Source: Longimicrobiales bacterium
GTDB taxonomy: Bacteria > Gemmatimonadota > Gemmatimonadetes > Longimicrobiales > Gaopeijiaceae
NCBI GenBank assembly: GCA_964201975.1
Contig: CAXNGW010000001.1
Coordinates: 1 to 60,294 of the forward strand
DNA: 60,294 bases
Direction: 5' to 3'
The notes below the pieces were generated by a model, which was given only the letters and a program-made list of their open reading frames with translations, searched no databases and had not been told where the DNA came from. Each line of letters opens with the position of its first letter. Within the stretch, counting starts at the first letter, position 1. Below, one piece after another: positions 24,202 through 35,409 of this stretch. The position numbers and the translations under genes were made by a program.

Positions 24202-26517
24202 ATGCCCACTTCGCGAAACCCCTCCGATCCCGGTCCCGACAGCCCAGGGAGGCGCCCCGACCCCCCCGGGGATCCCGAGCGTCCGGTTCCGGACACCCAG
24301 CCGGGCCGTTCCCCCGAGCCTGACCCCCATCCGGAGCCCGGGCGCAGCCCGGGGCCCCAGGCCGATCCGAAACCGGAGCGCACCACCGCGCGCGCGCAGG
24401 TCGCCGCGCTGGTCGGGCGGATGCGCGCGTGGCCGCGCCCCTCCCGGCGTCAGACCGCGACCGCCCTCGCGGTCGTGGCGGCCTGCCTGCTGGCGGCGTG
24501 GACCCGTTGCGGGGTGCGGGGCTGCCCCGACGTGGGCGTGCTCGCGGCCTATCAGCACGGCGGCGGCCCGCTCCTCCTCGACCGCGGCGGCATGCCCCTC
24601 GCGCGCGTGACCCCGCTGGCGCGTACGACGGTCCCCATCGGGTCGCTGCCCGCCTATCTCCCGGAGGCGTTCATCGCGGTCGAGGACAAGCGCTTCCGCG
24701 ATCACGGCGGCGTGGACTGGAGACGGGTGCCCGGCGCGCTGCTCGCCAACCTGCGCTCGCGTGAGATCGCACAGGGATTCAGCACGATCACGATGCAGCT
24801 CGCCCGCAACGTCTTCCCTGAGCGGCTGCCGGCGTCGCAGCGCACGTTCCGCCGCAAGGCGCTCGAGATCCGCGTCGCGGGGGCGATTGAAAACCGCTTC
24901 ACGAAGGACGAAATCCTCGAGCTGTACCTCAACCACACCTACTTCGGCGGCGGCGCGTACGGGGTCGAGGCGGCTTCCCGCTACTACTTCGGCAAACCCG
25001 CCGCGAAGCTGACGCTGGCGCAGGCCGCTACCCTCGCCGCGATCCCGCGCGGGCCCTCGCTCTACGATCCGCGCCGGCACCCCGAAAGCGCCCGGGCGCG
25101 GCGCGACCTGGTGCTGGGCCTGATGGAGCGGCAGGGACAGGTGGATGCGGAGGCGGCGCGCTCCGCGCGCGACGCCGAGCTCGCGGTGCTAGCCAAGCCG
25201 CCGCGCGCGCGGGACCGCGACCCTCTGGCGCCCTATTTCATCGAGGAGATCCGCAAGGCGCTGGAGGATCGCTACGGATCGGATCTGTACCACGGCCGCA
25301 TGCGGATCCACACCACGCTCGACCGGGAGCTGCAGGTCGCGCTCGAAGAAGAGCTCGAACGACAGGTCCGAGCCGTCGAGCGGGGGGCCTTCGGACGGTT
25401 CCGGCATCCGGACTACGAGCCGGGCCGGACCGGCGCGGCCCAGACCCTCTATCTCCAGAGCGCGGGGTTGGTGCTCGACGCGCGCACCGGCGACATCCTC
25501 GCGCTGGTGGGCGGACGCGACCACGACCAGTCCACGTTCGACCGCGCGGTACTGGGGCGCCGTCAGCTGGGGAGCGCCTTCAAGCCGTTCGTCTACGCCG
25601 CCGCGCTCGCGAAGGGGTGGACCACGATCGATCAGCTCGACGACGAGCCCCTCCGCCTCGCCATGGACGGTGGGCGGGCCTACGAGCCGCACAACTTCGA
25701 CGGCAGCTTCAGCGGACCGGTGTCGCTGCGCGAGGCGCTCGTAAAGAGCCTCAACGTGCCCACCGTCCGGCTGGCGACGCAGGTCGGCACCGGCGACATC
25801 GCTGCCCTCGCGCGCGCAGCAGGGCTGCACGGGGAGATGGCCGAGACGCCCGCGATGGCGCTGGGCACCGTGAGCGCGAGCCCCCTAGAGGTGGCGCTCG
25901 CCTACACGCCCTTCGCCACGCTCGGAACCGCGGTGCGGCGGCCGCGCTGGGTGACCATGATCGAGGATGAGGACGGCAAGGAGCTGTTCGCGCAGGATCC
26001 GGATACGGAGGCAGCCCTCGACCCGGCGGTCGCGTACCTCGTGACCGATATCCTGTCCGACGTGGTGGACCGCGGCACCGGCAGCGGCGTGCGCCGGGCC
26101 GACTTCCGCGGGGTCGCGGCCGGGAAGACCGGAACCACATCGAACGGGCGCGACGTGTGGTTCGTCGGCTACACGCCGGAGCTGGTCGGCGTAGTCTGGA
26201 TGGGGCTCGACCGGCCTGCCACCATCCTAGCGGGGGCAGCCGGTGGGCAGCTCGTGGCTCCCGTGTGGGGCCGCATGATGGCCCGCGTGGCGCGCACGCG
26301 GGCGATGCCCGGGCCATGGGAGGCCCCGGCCGGGATCGTCACCCGGCGCGCCGACCCCAATACCGGAAGGGTGCTGAGCGACGGGTGCTGGCTCCAGGGC
26401 GGGGTGGAAGAGGTCTTCCTGGAGGGCACCGCCCCGCCGGCGAGCTGCCCCGAGCAACCGCGCCGCGGCTTCTTCGATCGAACCTTGGGGTGGCTGGGCG
26501 GGATCTTCGACAGATAA
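24202..26517 (+). CDS. mrcA: bifunctional class A penicillin-binding protein (PBP1A: glycosyltransferase + transpeptidase)
   Basis: GT51 motifs EDKRFRDHGGVD, GFSTITMQLARN, RKALEI. Transpeptidase motifs SAFKP (SxxK), SLN, KTGTT. Pro-rich N-terminus and TM anchor. Start uncertain. Confidence 0.9.
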   Translation: MPTSRNPSDPGPDSPGRRPDPPGDPERPVPDTQPGRSPEPDPHPEPGRSPGPQADPKPERTTARAQVAALVGRMRAWPRPSRRQTATALAVVAACLLAAWTRCGVRGCPDVGVLAAYQHGGGPLLLDRGGMPLARVTPLARTTVPIGSLPAYLPEAFIAVEDKRFRDHGGVDWRRVPGALLANLRSREIAQGFSTITMQLARNVFPERLPASQRTFRRKALEIRVAGAIENRFTKDEILELYLNHTYFGGGAYGVEAASRYYFGKPAAKLTLAQAATLAAIPRGPSLYDPRRHPESARARRDLVLGLMERQGQVDAEAARSARDAELAVLAKPPRARDRDPLAPYFIEEIRKALEDRYGSDLYHGRMRIHTTLDRELQVALEEELERQVRAVERGAFGRFRHPDYEPGRTGAAQTLYLQSAGLVLDARTGDILALVGGRDHDQSTFDRAVLGRRQLGSAFKPFVYAAALAKGWTTIDQLDDEPLRLAMDGGRAYEPHNFDGSFSGPVSLREALVKSLNVPTVRLATQVGTGDIAALARAAGLHGEMAETPAMALGTVSASPLEVALAYTPFATLGTAVRRPRWVTMIEDEDGKELFAQDPDTEAALDPAVAYLVTDILSDVVDRGTGSGVRRADFRGVAAGKTGTTSNGRDVWFVGYTPELVGVVWMGLDRPATILAGAAGGQLVAPVWGRMMARVARTRAMPGPWEAPAGIVTRRADPNTGRVLSDGCWLQGGVEEVFLEGTAPPASCPEQPRRGFFDRTLGWLGGIFDR

Positions 26518-26705
26518 GGACCGGGGGGACTGAAGCGGGGGAGGCCCGGTCCCTGGCCGGGTCTTCTGGCGCTCCGGTTCCGAGGCACCCGAGATTCAGG
26601 CGGCCACACCGCCTTTCGCCCAGCTTCCGCCGTTCGCCTGACCCAACGAGCAGCTCTCGTCGACCCGACCCCGGGCCGGACGTCGCCCGCTCCCGTGGAG
26701 GTCCG

Positions 26706-27578
26706 ATGCGCTTCCAGCGTCCACGCGCCGCCGTCCTGGGGCTGATCGGCGCCGGAGCGCTCGCGGGCGCCGCGCCGCTCGCCCGCGCGGGCGCGGGCGC
26801 GGACGCTCCGGCGGCCGCATCGGCTGCGCCCCCCCTGGCCCGGCGCGCCGGGTCCCCCGTGGTGCTCACCCCGCAGCAGGTGGCCCGCGAGTACCACGAG
26901 TTCTACTTCACCCGCGGCAAGTACTCGGAGGGCGGCCGCGGCTTCCGCAGGGGATTCGGCGGCGGCAGCTGGGCCACCGACTGGCCCAAGGCCGACCAGC
27001 AGTTCATGGTCGTGCTCAAGCGCCTCGTCGGCATCGACAACTCCCCCCTCGACAACGCGGTCGACCTGGCCGATCCCGAGCTCCGCCGCTTCCCCTTCCT
27101 GTACATCCTCGAGGTGGGAGAGATGTACATGACCGACGCGGAGCTCCTCGGTCTCAGAAGCTACCTGGCCGCGGGCGGTTTCCTGGTGGTGGACGACTTC
27201 TGGGGTCCCTACGAGCTGGCCAACCTGGAGCGAGAGCTGGGCCGCCTTCTGCCGGGAAAGCCGCTACGGGAGCTGCCGCTCGACCACCCGCTGTTCAACA
27301 ACGTCTACGACGTCTCGAATGTCATCCAGGTGCCGAACGTCCGCACCGGCCAGTCGCACGGCATGTACGGTACGCCCACCCACGAGGGGCGCGGATCCGA
27401 GGTCCCGCACGTGTTCGGCATCGACGACGACCGCGGCGAGCTGATGGTGGTGGCCAACTGGAACACCGACATCGGCGACGCCTGGGAGTGGGCCGAGAAC
27501 CCGTACTATCCGCTCAAGTTCTCGACCTACGCGTTCGAGATCGGCGTGAACATGATCGTCTACGCGATGAGCCACTGA
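26706..27578 (+). CDS. DUF4159-type secreted protein (copy 1)
   Basis: Signal peptide. Shared core with 33507..34298 (FLYILEVGEM, LRSYLAAGGFLVVDDFWG, WNTDIGDAWEW, AFEIGVNMIVYAMSH). Confidence 0.75.
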   Translation: MRFQRPRAAVLGLIGAGALAGAAPLARAGAGADAPAAASAAPPLARRAGSPVVLTPQQVAREYHEFYFTRGKYSEGGRGFRRGFGGGSWATDWPKADQQFMVVLKRLVGIDNSPLDNAVDLADPELRRFPFLYILEVGEMYMTDAELLGLRSYLAAGGFLVVDDFWGPYELANLERELGRLLPGKPLRELPLDHPLFNNVYDVSNVIQVPNVRTGQSHGMYGTPTHEGRGSEVPHVFGIDDDRGELMVVANWNTDIGDAWEWAENPYYPLKFSTYAFEIGVNMIVYAMSH

Positions 27579-27587
27579 GGAAGGGAC

Positions 27588-29870
27588 GTGGAGTCCATCT
27601 TCGAGTTCCTGTTCAAGTACCACCCCGCCCTGTACCGGCAGGGGGACATCGCGCTGCGGGGACCGTGGCCGATCGCGACGCTGCTGATCGCGGCGGTCGC
27701 GGTCGCGGCCGTGGTCGGGTTCAGCTACCTGCGTCCGCGCGGGCGCGCGGGCGCGCTCGACCGCGGCGTGATGGCGGTGCTGCGCACGTCCGCGCTCTGC
27801 GTGATCGTGCTCTGTCTCCTCCAACCCACCCTGGTGCTCCGCGCGGTGGTGCCACAGCGCAACTTCGTCGGCGTCCTGATCGACGACTCGCACAGCATGA
27901 CCCTCCCCGGCGAGGACGGCCGGCCCCGCAGCGCGTTCGTGGCCGACCAGCTGGGGCCCGACGGCGCGCTGCTGAAAGCGCTGTCGGAGCGCTTCGCGGT
28001 GCGCACGTTCTCGTTCTCGTCCACCACGGGCCGCGTCTCCGACCCAACCGCGCTCGGCTACGCGGGCACCCGCACCGATCTCGCCAGCGCGCTCGACCGC
28101 GTGCGCGAGGACCTGTCCGCGGTGCCCTTGTCGGGCATCATCGTGATCAGCGACGGGGCGGACAACGGCGGCCGCGTGCTGGCGGAGTCGCTGGTGCCGC
28201 TCCAGGCCGCGTCGATCCCGGTGTTCACGGTGGGGCTCGGGGAGGAGACGCTCACCCCCGACGTGCAGATCGACCGCGTCCAGGCACCCCAGTCGGTGCT
28301 GCTCGGGAGCGCGGTGGTGGTAGACGTGATCGTGAGCCAGCGCGGCTACGAGGGCGAGACGGTGACGCTAGAGGTGGCCGACGAGACCCGCATCCTCACG
28401 CAGCAGCCGGTGGCGCTGGGCGAGGACGGCGAGCCGGTGGTGTCGCGGGTGCGCTTCACCGCCGACCAGTCCGGTCCGCGCCGCGTGACCTTCACCATCG
28501 CCCCGTCGCCGGGCGAGCGCGTGGCCGGCAACAACCGCCGTGAGCTGCTCATGGACGTGCGCGACGACCGCAAGAAGGTGCTCTACTTCGAGGGGGAGCC
28601 GCGCTTCGAGGTCAAGTTCATGCGCCGCGCCGTGGACGGGGACGACAACCTCCAGCTCGTCGTCCTCCAACGCACCGCGCCCGACAAGTTTCTGCGCCTC
28701 GACGTGGACGGCGCGGAGGAGCTGCAGAGCGGCTTCCCCAAGACCCGGGAGGAGCTGTTCCGCTACCAGGGGCTGATTCTGGGGAGCGTGGAGGCGGGGT
28801 TCTTCACGCACGACCAGCTGCTCATGATCCAGGACTTCGTGAGCCAGCGCGGCGGCGGGCTGCTCGTGCTGGGCGGCCGCCACGCGCTCGCCGAGGGCGG
28901 CTACGCCGGCACCCCGGTCGCGGACGTGATCCCGGTCGTGATGGGGCCGTCGCAGGGCGACAACCCGCGTGCCGTCGAGGTGAAGGTCTCGCCCACCCCG
29001 GCAGGCGCCCTCAATCCCGCCACCCAGATCGCGAGCGCGGGCGAGACGCCGAGCGCGGTGTGGGAGCGGCTGCCCGCGCTCACCACGCTCAACCCGATCT
29101 ACCAGGTCAAGCCGGGTGCCACCACACTGTTGGTGGGCAAGTCCGAGGGGTCTCCGGGCGAGGACCGGGTCGTGCTCGCCTGGCAGCGCTTCGGTCGCGG
29201 CCGCTCGTTCGCGCTGCCGGTGCAGGACTCGTGGATCTGGCAGATGCACGCCGACGTGCCGCTCGAGGATCAGAGCCACGAGCGCTTCTGGGGCCAGCTG
29301 CTGCGCGGGCTGGTGGACGGTGTGGGTGAGCCGGTCTCGGTCTCGCTCGACCACGAACGCGCGGACGCGGGCCAGCCGATCAAGGTGAGCGCGCGCGTAC
29401 GGGATTCGACCTACATCGAGTTGAACGACGCCACCGTCGGGGCCCGCTTGATCGCCCCGTCCGGGGCCGAGCGCAACCTGACCCTCGAGTGGAGCGTCGA
29501 GGACGACGGGCTCTACACGGCCACGTTCGTTCCCGACGAGAACGGCACCTGGGCGGTGGACGTCGACGCCAGCCGCGCGGGCGCCGCGATCGGACGGGAC
29601 GAGGTGTGGGCGCGGGTGGGCGCGGGCGACGACGAGTACTTCGATGCCGCGCGGCGCCAGGCGCTGCTCGAGCGCATCGCGGAGGAGACCGGCGGCCGCT
29701 CCTATCGCGCCGCAGATGTGGATCGGCTACCGGAGGACATCCAGTACGCGGGCGCCGGCGTGACGATTACCGAGGAGCGGGATCTTTGGGACATGCCGTT
29801 CCTCTTCCTCGTGCTGGTCGGGCTGATCGGGAGCGAATGGGCGTTCCGGCGCCGCCGGGGGCTGGTGTGA
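27588..29870 (+). CDS. multi-pass membrane vWA protein with GATase1-like C-terminal region (Bat-operon partner type)
   Basis: GTG start 10 nt after the upstream stop. N-terminal TM helices. MIDAS-like VLIDDSHSM. LLVLGG..ALAEGGYAGTPVADVIPV block. C-terminal TM helix (FLFLVLVGLIGSEWAF). Confidence 0.75.
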   Translation: MESIFEFLFKYHPALYRQGDIALRGPWPIATLLIAAVAVAAVVGFSYLRPRGRAGALDRGVMAVLRTSALCVIVLCLLQPTLVLRAVVPQRNFVGVLIDDSHSMTLPGEDGRPRSAFVADQLGPDGALLKALSERFAVRTFSFSSTTGRVSDPTALGYAGTRTDLASALDRVREDLSAVPLSGIIVISDGADNGGRVLAESLVPLQAASIPVFTVGLGEETLTPDVQIDRVQAPQSVLLGSAVVVDVIVSQRGYEGETVTLEVADETRILTQQPVALGEDGEPVVSRVRFTADQSGPRRVTFTIAPSPGERVAGNNRRELLMDVRDDRKKVLYFEGEPRFEVKFMRRAVDGDDNLQLVVLQRTAPDKFLRLDVDGAEELQSGFPKTREELFRYQGLILGSVEAGFFTHDQLLMIQDFVSQRGGGLLVLGGRHALAEGGYAGTPVADVIPVVMGPSQGDNPRAVEVKVSPTPAGALNPATQIASAGETPSAVWERLPALTTLNPIYQVKPGATTLLVGKSEGSPGEDRVVLAWQRFGRGRSFALPVQDSWIWQMHADVPLEDQSHERFWGQLLRGLVDGVGEPVSVSLDHERADAGQPIKVSARVRDSTYIELNDATVGARLIAPSGAERNLTLEWSVEDDGLYTATFVPDENGTWAVDVDASRAGAAIGRDEVWARVGAGDDEYFDAARRQALLERIAEETGGRSYRAADVDRLPEDIQYAGAGVTITEERDLWDMPFLFLVLVGLIGSEWAFRRRRGLV

Positions 29871-30907
29871 GCCGCGGAAGCCACGCCTTCGGCGCGTCCT
29901 CGCGGCGGACCGCGATGCTGCTCGCTGGGATCGCGCTCGCTCTGGGCGCCGCCCCGTTGCGCGCGCAGGACACCCACCTCGTGCTGGTGGTCGGACTCTC
30001 GGGAGACGACCGCTACCGCGAGCGCTTCCGGGGGTGGGCCTCCACCATCCGCGATGGGGCGGTGGACCGTCTCGGCGTGAGCGAAGCCAACGTCGTGTGG
30101 CTGGGAGACGACCCCACCGCGACCCCCGGGCGCATCCACGACAGGGCGACCGTCGCCAACCTGCGGACCGCGCTCGCCGGGCTCGCGCAGCGCGCCGGGG
30201 CGGCCGACCGCGTGGTGCTGGTCCTCATCGGCCACGGCACCGAGCGCGAGGGCAAGCCGCTCTTCAACCTCACTGGCCCGGATCTCACTCCCACCGACCT
30301 GTCGCTCATGCTCGGCGCGCTCGCCCCCCGCCGCGTCGCGGTCGTGAACACGTCGAGCGCGTGCGGCGGCTTCGTCGCCGAGCTATCGGGACCCGGCCGC
30401 ACGATCATCGCCGCGACCCGCTCGGGCCGCGAAAACAACGAGACATGGTTCGCCGGCTTCTTCGCCGACGCGCTCGCCAAGGACGGATCCGACCTCGACA
30501 AAGACGGCCGTATCTCGCTCCTCGAGGCGTTCGAATACGCGCGCCGCGAGACCGGGCGCTACTTCGAGGAGAAGAAGCTGCTGGTGACCGAGCACGCCGT
30601 CCTGGACGACGACGGCGACGGCGAGGCGACGATGGAGCCGACCCCGGGCCAGGGCGACGGCGTGCTGGCCGGCGCGTTCTACGTGGGCGGCGGGGCGCGC
30701 TCCGCCGAGACCCAGGCGGCCGCGGCGAACGATCCCGTGCTGCGCGGCTTGCTGACCGAGCGCGCTGCCGTCGAGGAGAAGCTCGCGACCCTGCGCGCGC
30801 GCAAGGCCGAGATGCAGGCCGACGCCTACGACCGCGAGCTCGAGACGCTGCTCGTGGAGTTGGCGCTCAAGAGCCGCGAGATCAAGGAGCACGGAGGGGG
30901 GGGTTGA
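29867..30907 (+). CDS. secreted clan-CD (C13/legumain-like) cysteine peptidase homologue
   Basis: GTGA overlap (alternative ATG 29915). Signal peptide MLLAGIALALGAAPLRAQ. His-Gly (VLIGHGTE) and Ala-Cys (NTSSACGGF) dyad contexts. C-terminal coiled-coil. Confidence 0.65.
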   Translation: MSRGSHAFGASSRRTAMLLAGIALALGAAPLRAQDTHLVLVVGLSGDDRYRERFRGWASTIRDGAVDRLGVSEANVVWLGDDPTATPGRIHDRATVANLRTALAGLAQRAGAADRVVLVLIGHGTEREGKPLFNLTGPDLTPTDLSLMLGALAPRRVAVVNTSSACGGFVAELSGPGRTIIAATRSGRENNETWFAGFFADALAKDGSDLDKDGRISLLEAFEYARRETGRYFEEKKLLVTEHAVLDDDGDGEATMEPTPGQGDGVLAGAFYVGGGARSAETQAAAANDPVLRGLLTERAAVEEKLATLRARKAEMQADAYDRELETLLVELALKSREIKEHGGGG

Positions 30908-33510
30908 TCCGCCGCCTGGTCGCGGCGGGGGTGCTCGCGTGCGCCGCCCCACTCGCAGCGCAGAGCCGCGGCGCGGCGCTGGAGGCGTGGCAGACCGGGA
31001 AGTACGACGAAGCGATCGCTGCGTACCAGGAGTTGGCGCAGCGCCCCGGCGCGCCGCCCGATGTGCACCGCGATCTCGCGCGCGTCCTCCTCGAAGTGGG
31101 CCGCACCGACGAGGCCGAGCGGGGGCTGCGCGCGGCCGGCGCCGGCCCGGACCTGTCCAATGCGCTCGGCGAGGTCCTGCTCGCCACGGGCAAGCTGGAC
31201 GCCGCCGAGGCGGCCTTCCGCGCGGCCGCCGACGGACGCGCGCGGGACGGCGTCCTGGCGCGCGCCAACCTGGCCGAGCTGCTGTGGAACCGGGGCCGTC
31301 GCGCGGAAGCCCTGCGCATGTTCGACGCGTTCATCGACCTCTACAACCAGAGCGGCCGGCTCGGCGCCGCCGAACTGATGGCGGTGGGGCGCGCCGTAGC
31401 GCACCTCGGGGCCACCAATCCCCAGCTCTTCCAGGACGCGCTGATGGCGTTCGATCAGGCTTCCGGCGCGGCCCCGGGGGATCCGCTCCCCAAGGTGTTG
31501 GCCGGGGAGCTGTTCCTCGAGAAGTACAACGGCACCGAGGCGCACGCGTCGTTCAAGGAGGCGCTCGCGCGCAATCCAAAACACCCGGCTGCGCTGCTCG
31601 GGGAAGCGCGCGCACTCGCGTTCGACGGCGCCCCCGGGGCGAGGGCGCTGATCCAGCTGGCGCTCGGGGTCAACCCGCGCTCCGCGCCCGCGCACGCGCT
31701 GCTCGCGCGCATGGCCCTCGAGAGCGAGGACTTCGCCACCAGCGTCAGGGAGGCGGACGCAGCGCTGGCCGCGAACCCGGCATCGGTGGAGGCGCTCGCC
31801 GTGCTCGCCGCCGGGCGCTTCCTGGCCGGCGACCAGCGCGGCTTCGAGGCCGCGCGCGACCGCGCGCTCGCGATCGACCCGACCGGCGCGGAGTTGTTTA
31901 CCACCGTCGCCGAGATGTCGGTGCAGCACCGCCGCTACGCAGAGGCGGTGGCGATGGCCGGCCGCGCGGTGGCGCTGGACAGCCTGGCGTGGGGCGCGCG
32001 CGGCCTCCTCGGCATGAACCAGTTGCGCGTGGGCGCGATCGCGGAGGGCCGCGCCAACCTCGAGCGCGCTTTCGCGGGCGATCCGTACAACGTCTGGTTC
32101 AAGAACACGCTCGACCTGCTCGACACGTTCTCCCGCTACCGCACCGTGCGCACGCCCCACTACGAGCTGTTTCTGCGGGAGGACGAGGCCGACCTGCTCG
32201 AGCCGTACGTGGCCGCGCTGGGGGAGGAGGCGTTCACGGCGCTCGCGCGGCGCTACGGGACGGAGCCGCCCACGCCGATCCGGCTGGAGCTGTTCCCGCG
32301 CCACGCGGACTTCTCGGTGCGCACGCTGGGCCTCACCGGCCTGGGCGCGCTCGGCGTGGCGTTCGGCTCGGTGCTGGTGATGGACTCACCGTCCGCGCAC
32401 GAGCCGGGCGAGTTCAACTGGGGCTCCACGCTATGGCACGAGCTGGCGCACGCGTTCCACCTGGGGATGACGAAGAACCGCGTGCCGCGCTGGTTCACCG
32501 AGGGGCTCGCCGTGCACGAGCAGCGGGCCGGCCGCCCGGGCTGGGGACACCCGGTCAGCCTCAGCTTCCTGGACGCGTATCGTGAGGGCCGCCTCGCGCC
32601 CGCCAGCAACCTGAACCGCGGGTTCATGCAGCCGGATTACCCGGAGGAGGTGATCCACAGCTACTTCCTCTCTTCCCTCGTGTTCGCGTGGATGGAGCAG
32701 ACGCACGGCAAGGACGCCGCCGTCCGCATGCTGAAGGGCTATGGCGAGGGCAAGGACACGCCGGCGCTGGTGCGCGAGGTGCTCGGCATGGATCCGCCGG
32801 CGTTCGACAAGGCGGTGGACGACTACGTGCGCGAGCGGTACGCCGACGCGTTCCGGTCCACCATCCTGGTCGGAGATCCGCTGCCCCCGGATGCGCCACT
32901 GGAAGCGGTCCAGGCCGCGGCCCGCCGCAACCCCGGCTACTTCCCCGCCCGCCTCCGGCTCGGCCAGCTCCTGGTGGAAGCCGGGAAGCCCGCCGAGGCC
33001 GAGGTCGAGCTGAAAGAGGCGCTGCGGCTCTTCCCGACCTACGCTGAGGTGGACGGTCCGTACCTGTACCTCGCCCGCATCCACCGCGAGCGGAAGGAGC
33101 TCGACCGCGCGGCCAACGCGCTGCTCCAGCTCGGCAACCTGAACGAGAGCGCGTACGAGGTGCACGTGCTCGAGGCCGACGTGCGCAGGGAGATGGGCGA
33201 CCTTGCCGGCGCCGCCGGCGCGCTCGAGCGCGCGCTCCTGGTCAACCCGTACGATCTCGCGGTCCACCAGAAGCTCGCCGACATGGACACCCAGCTCGGG
33301 CGCCACGACGCCGCGGTGCGCGAGCGGCGCGCGGTGGTGGCGCTGAATCCGGTGGACCGCGCCGAGGCCCATTACCGGCTGGCGCGCGCGCTCCTCCAGG
33401 CGGGGAGCCGGGACGAGGCGCGCCGCGAGGTCCTCCGTTCGCTCGAGGCGGCCCCCAACTACGAGCAGGCGCTCGAGCTGCTCCTGGAGCTGCGCGGGGG
33501 CGGCGGATGA
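30904..33510 (+). CDS. TPR-repeat protein with peptidase-MA-type (HExxH...E) metalloprotease domain
   Basis: TTGA overlap. Signal peptide. N- and C-terminal TPR-like repeats. Zinc motif LWHELAHAF with downstream WFTEGLAVHE. Confidence 0.7.
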   Translation: MIRRLVAAGVLACAAPLAAQSRGAALEAWQTGKYDEAIAAYQELAQRPGAPPDVHRDLARVLLEVGRTDEAERGLRAAGAGPDLSNALGEVLLATGKLDAAEAAFRAAADGRARDGVLARANLAELLWNRGRRAEALRMFDAFIDLYNQSGRLGAAELMAVGRAVAHLGATNPQLFQDALMAFDQASGAAPGDPLPKVLAGELFLEKYNGTEAHASFKEALARNPKHPAALLGEARALAFDGAPGARALIQLALGVNPRSAPAHALLARMALESEDFATSVREADAALAANPASVEALAVLAAGRFLAGDQRGFEAARDRALAIDPTGAELFTTVAEMSVQHRRYAEAVAMAGRAVALDSLAWGARGLLGMNQLRVGAIAEGRANLERAFAGDPYNVWFKNTLDLLDTFSRYRTVRTPHYELFLREDEADLLEPYVAALGEEAFTALARRYGTEPPTPIRLELFPRHADFSVRTLGLTGLGALGVAFGSVLVMDSPSAHEPGEFNWGSTLWHELAHAFHLGMTKNRVPRWFTEGLAVHEQRAGRPGWGHPVSLSFLDAYREGRLAPASNLNRGFMQPDYPEEVIHSYFLSSLVFAWMEQTHGKDAAVRMLKGYGEGKDTPALVREVLGMDPPAFDKAVDDYVRERYADAFRSTILVGDPLPPDAPLEAVQAAARRNPGYFPARLRLGQLLVEAGKPAEAEVELKEALRLFPTYAEVDGPYLYLARIHRERKELDRAANALLQLGNLNESAYEVHVLEADVRREMGDLAGAAGALERALLVNPYDLAVHQKLADMDTQLGRHDAAVRERRAVVALNPVDRAEAHYRLARALLQAGSRDEARREVLRSLEAAPNYEQALELLLELRGGGG

Positions 33511-34298
33511 TCCGCGCCGGCGGCGCGCTCGGCCTCTCGTTCCTGCTGGGGCTGGGAGCGGGGGTCTCGTCGGCGGCCCACGCGCACGAGGCGGAGGCGA
33601 CCCCCCAGCAGGCCAACCCGCCCTACGACGGCCGCTTCGCCTTCGTGCGGCTGCGCTACGGCGCGGCGGGCGGCGGCGACCTCCGGACGGGCGGGCTCGG
33701 GAGGGGGCGGGGGCGGGAGCCGATGTGGTCGCACGACACGCCCCGGGCAGAGACCAACTTCCTCCGCATCCTGCAGCAGCTGACCTCGATCCAGACCGCC
33801 CCAGACTACCACCTGATCCTGGACGTGGACGACCCCGCGCTGTCTCGCTACCCGGTCGCGTACATCGTAGAGGTGGGCTACTGGGATCCCACGGAGAGCG
33901 AGGTGCTGGCGCTCCGGGCCTGGCTTCTCAAGGGCGGGTTCCTCATCGTGGACGACTTCCGGGGCGATCATTGGGCGAACTTCGAGGCGCAGATGCGCCG
34001 GATCCTCCCGGACGGGCGGTTTCTCCCCCTCGATGGGCGCGACGCGATCTTCGACTCCTTCTTCCATATCGCAGATCCGTACTCGCTCGTCCCGCCCTAC
34101 GATCAGCAGCTGCCCCCCGTGTATCTGGGGTTGTTCGAGAAGAACGATCCCAGCCGTCGGATGATGGTGATCGCGAACTACAACAACGACCTGGCTGAAT
34201 ACTGGGAGTTCTCCGACTACGGCTATTATCCGATCGACCTCTCTAACGAAGCGTACAAGTTCGGGGTCAACTATGTGATGTACGGCCTCACGCACTAG
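33507..34298 (+). CDS. DUF4159-type secreted protein (copy 2)
   Basis: ATGA overlap. Signal peptide. Motifs YIVEVGYW, LRAWLLKGGFLIVDDFRG, YNNDLAEYWEF, AYKFGVNYVMYGLTH. Confidence 0.75.
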   Translation: MIRAGGALGLSFLLGLGAGVSSAAHAHEAEATPQQANPPYDGRFAFVRLRYGAAGGGDLRTGGLGRGRGREPMWSHDTPRAETNFLRILQQLTSIQTAPDYHLILDVDDPALSRYPVAYIVEVGYWDPTESEVLALRAWLLKGGFLIVDDFRGDHWANFEAQMRRILPDGRFLPLDGRDAIFDSFFHIADPYSLVPPYDQQLPPVYLGLFEKNDPSRRMMVIANYNNDLAEYWEFSDYGYYPIDLSNEAYKFGVNYVMYGLTH

Positions 34299-34328
34299 CT
34301 GGTCTCGAGCGACGTTGGACGACGCGCT

Positions 34329-35402
<1,074 letters not shown>

Positions 35403-35409
35403 GCATCCG

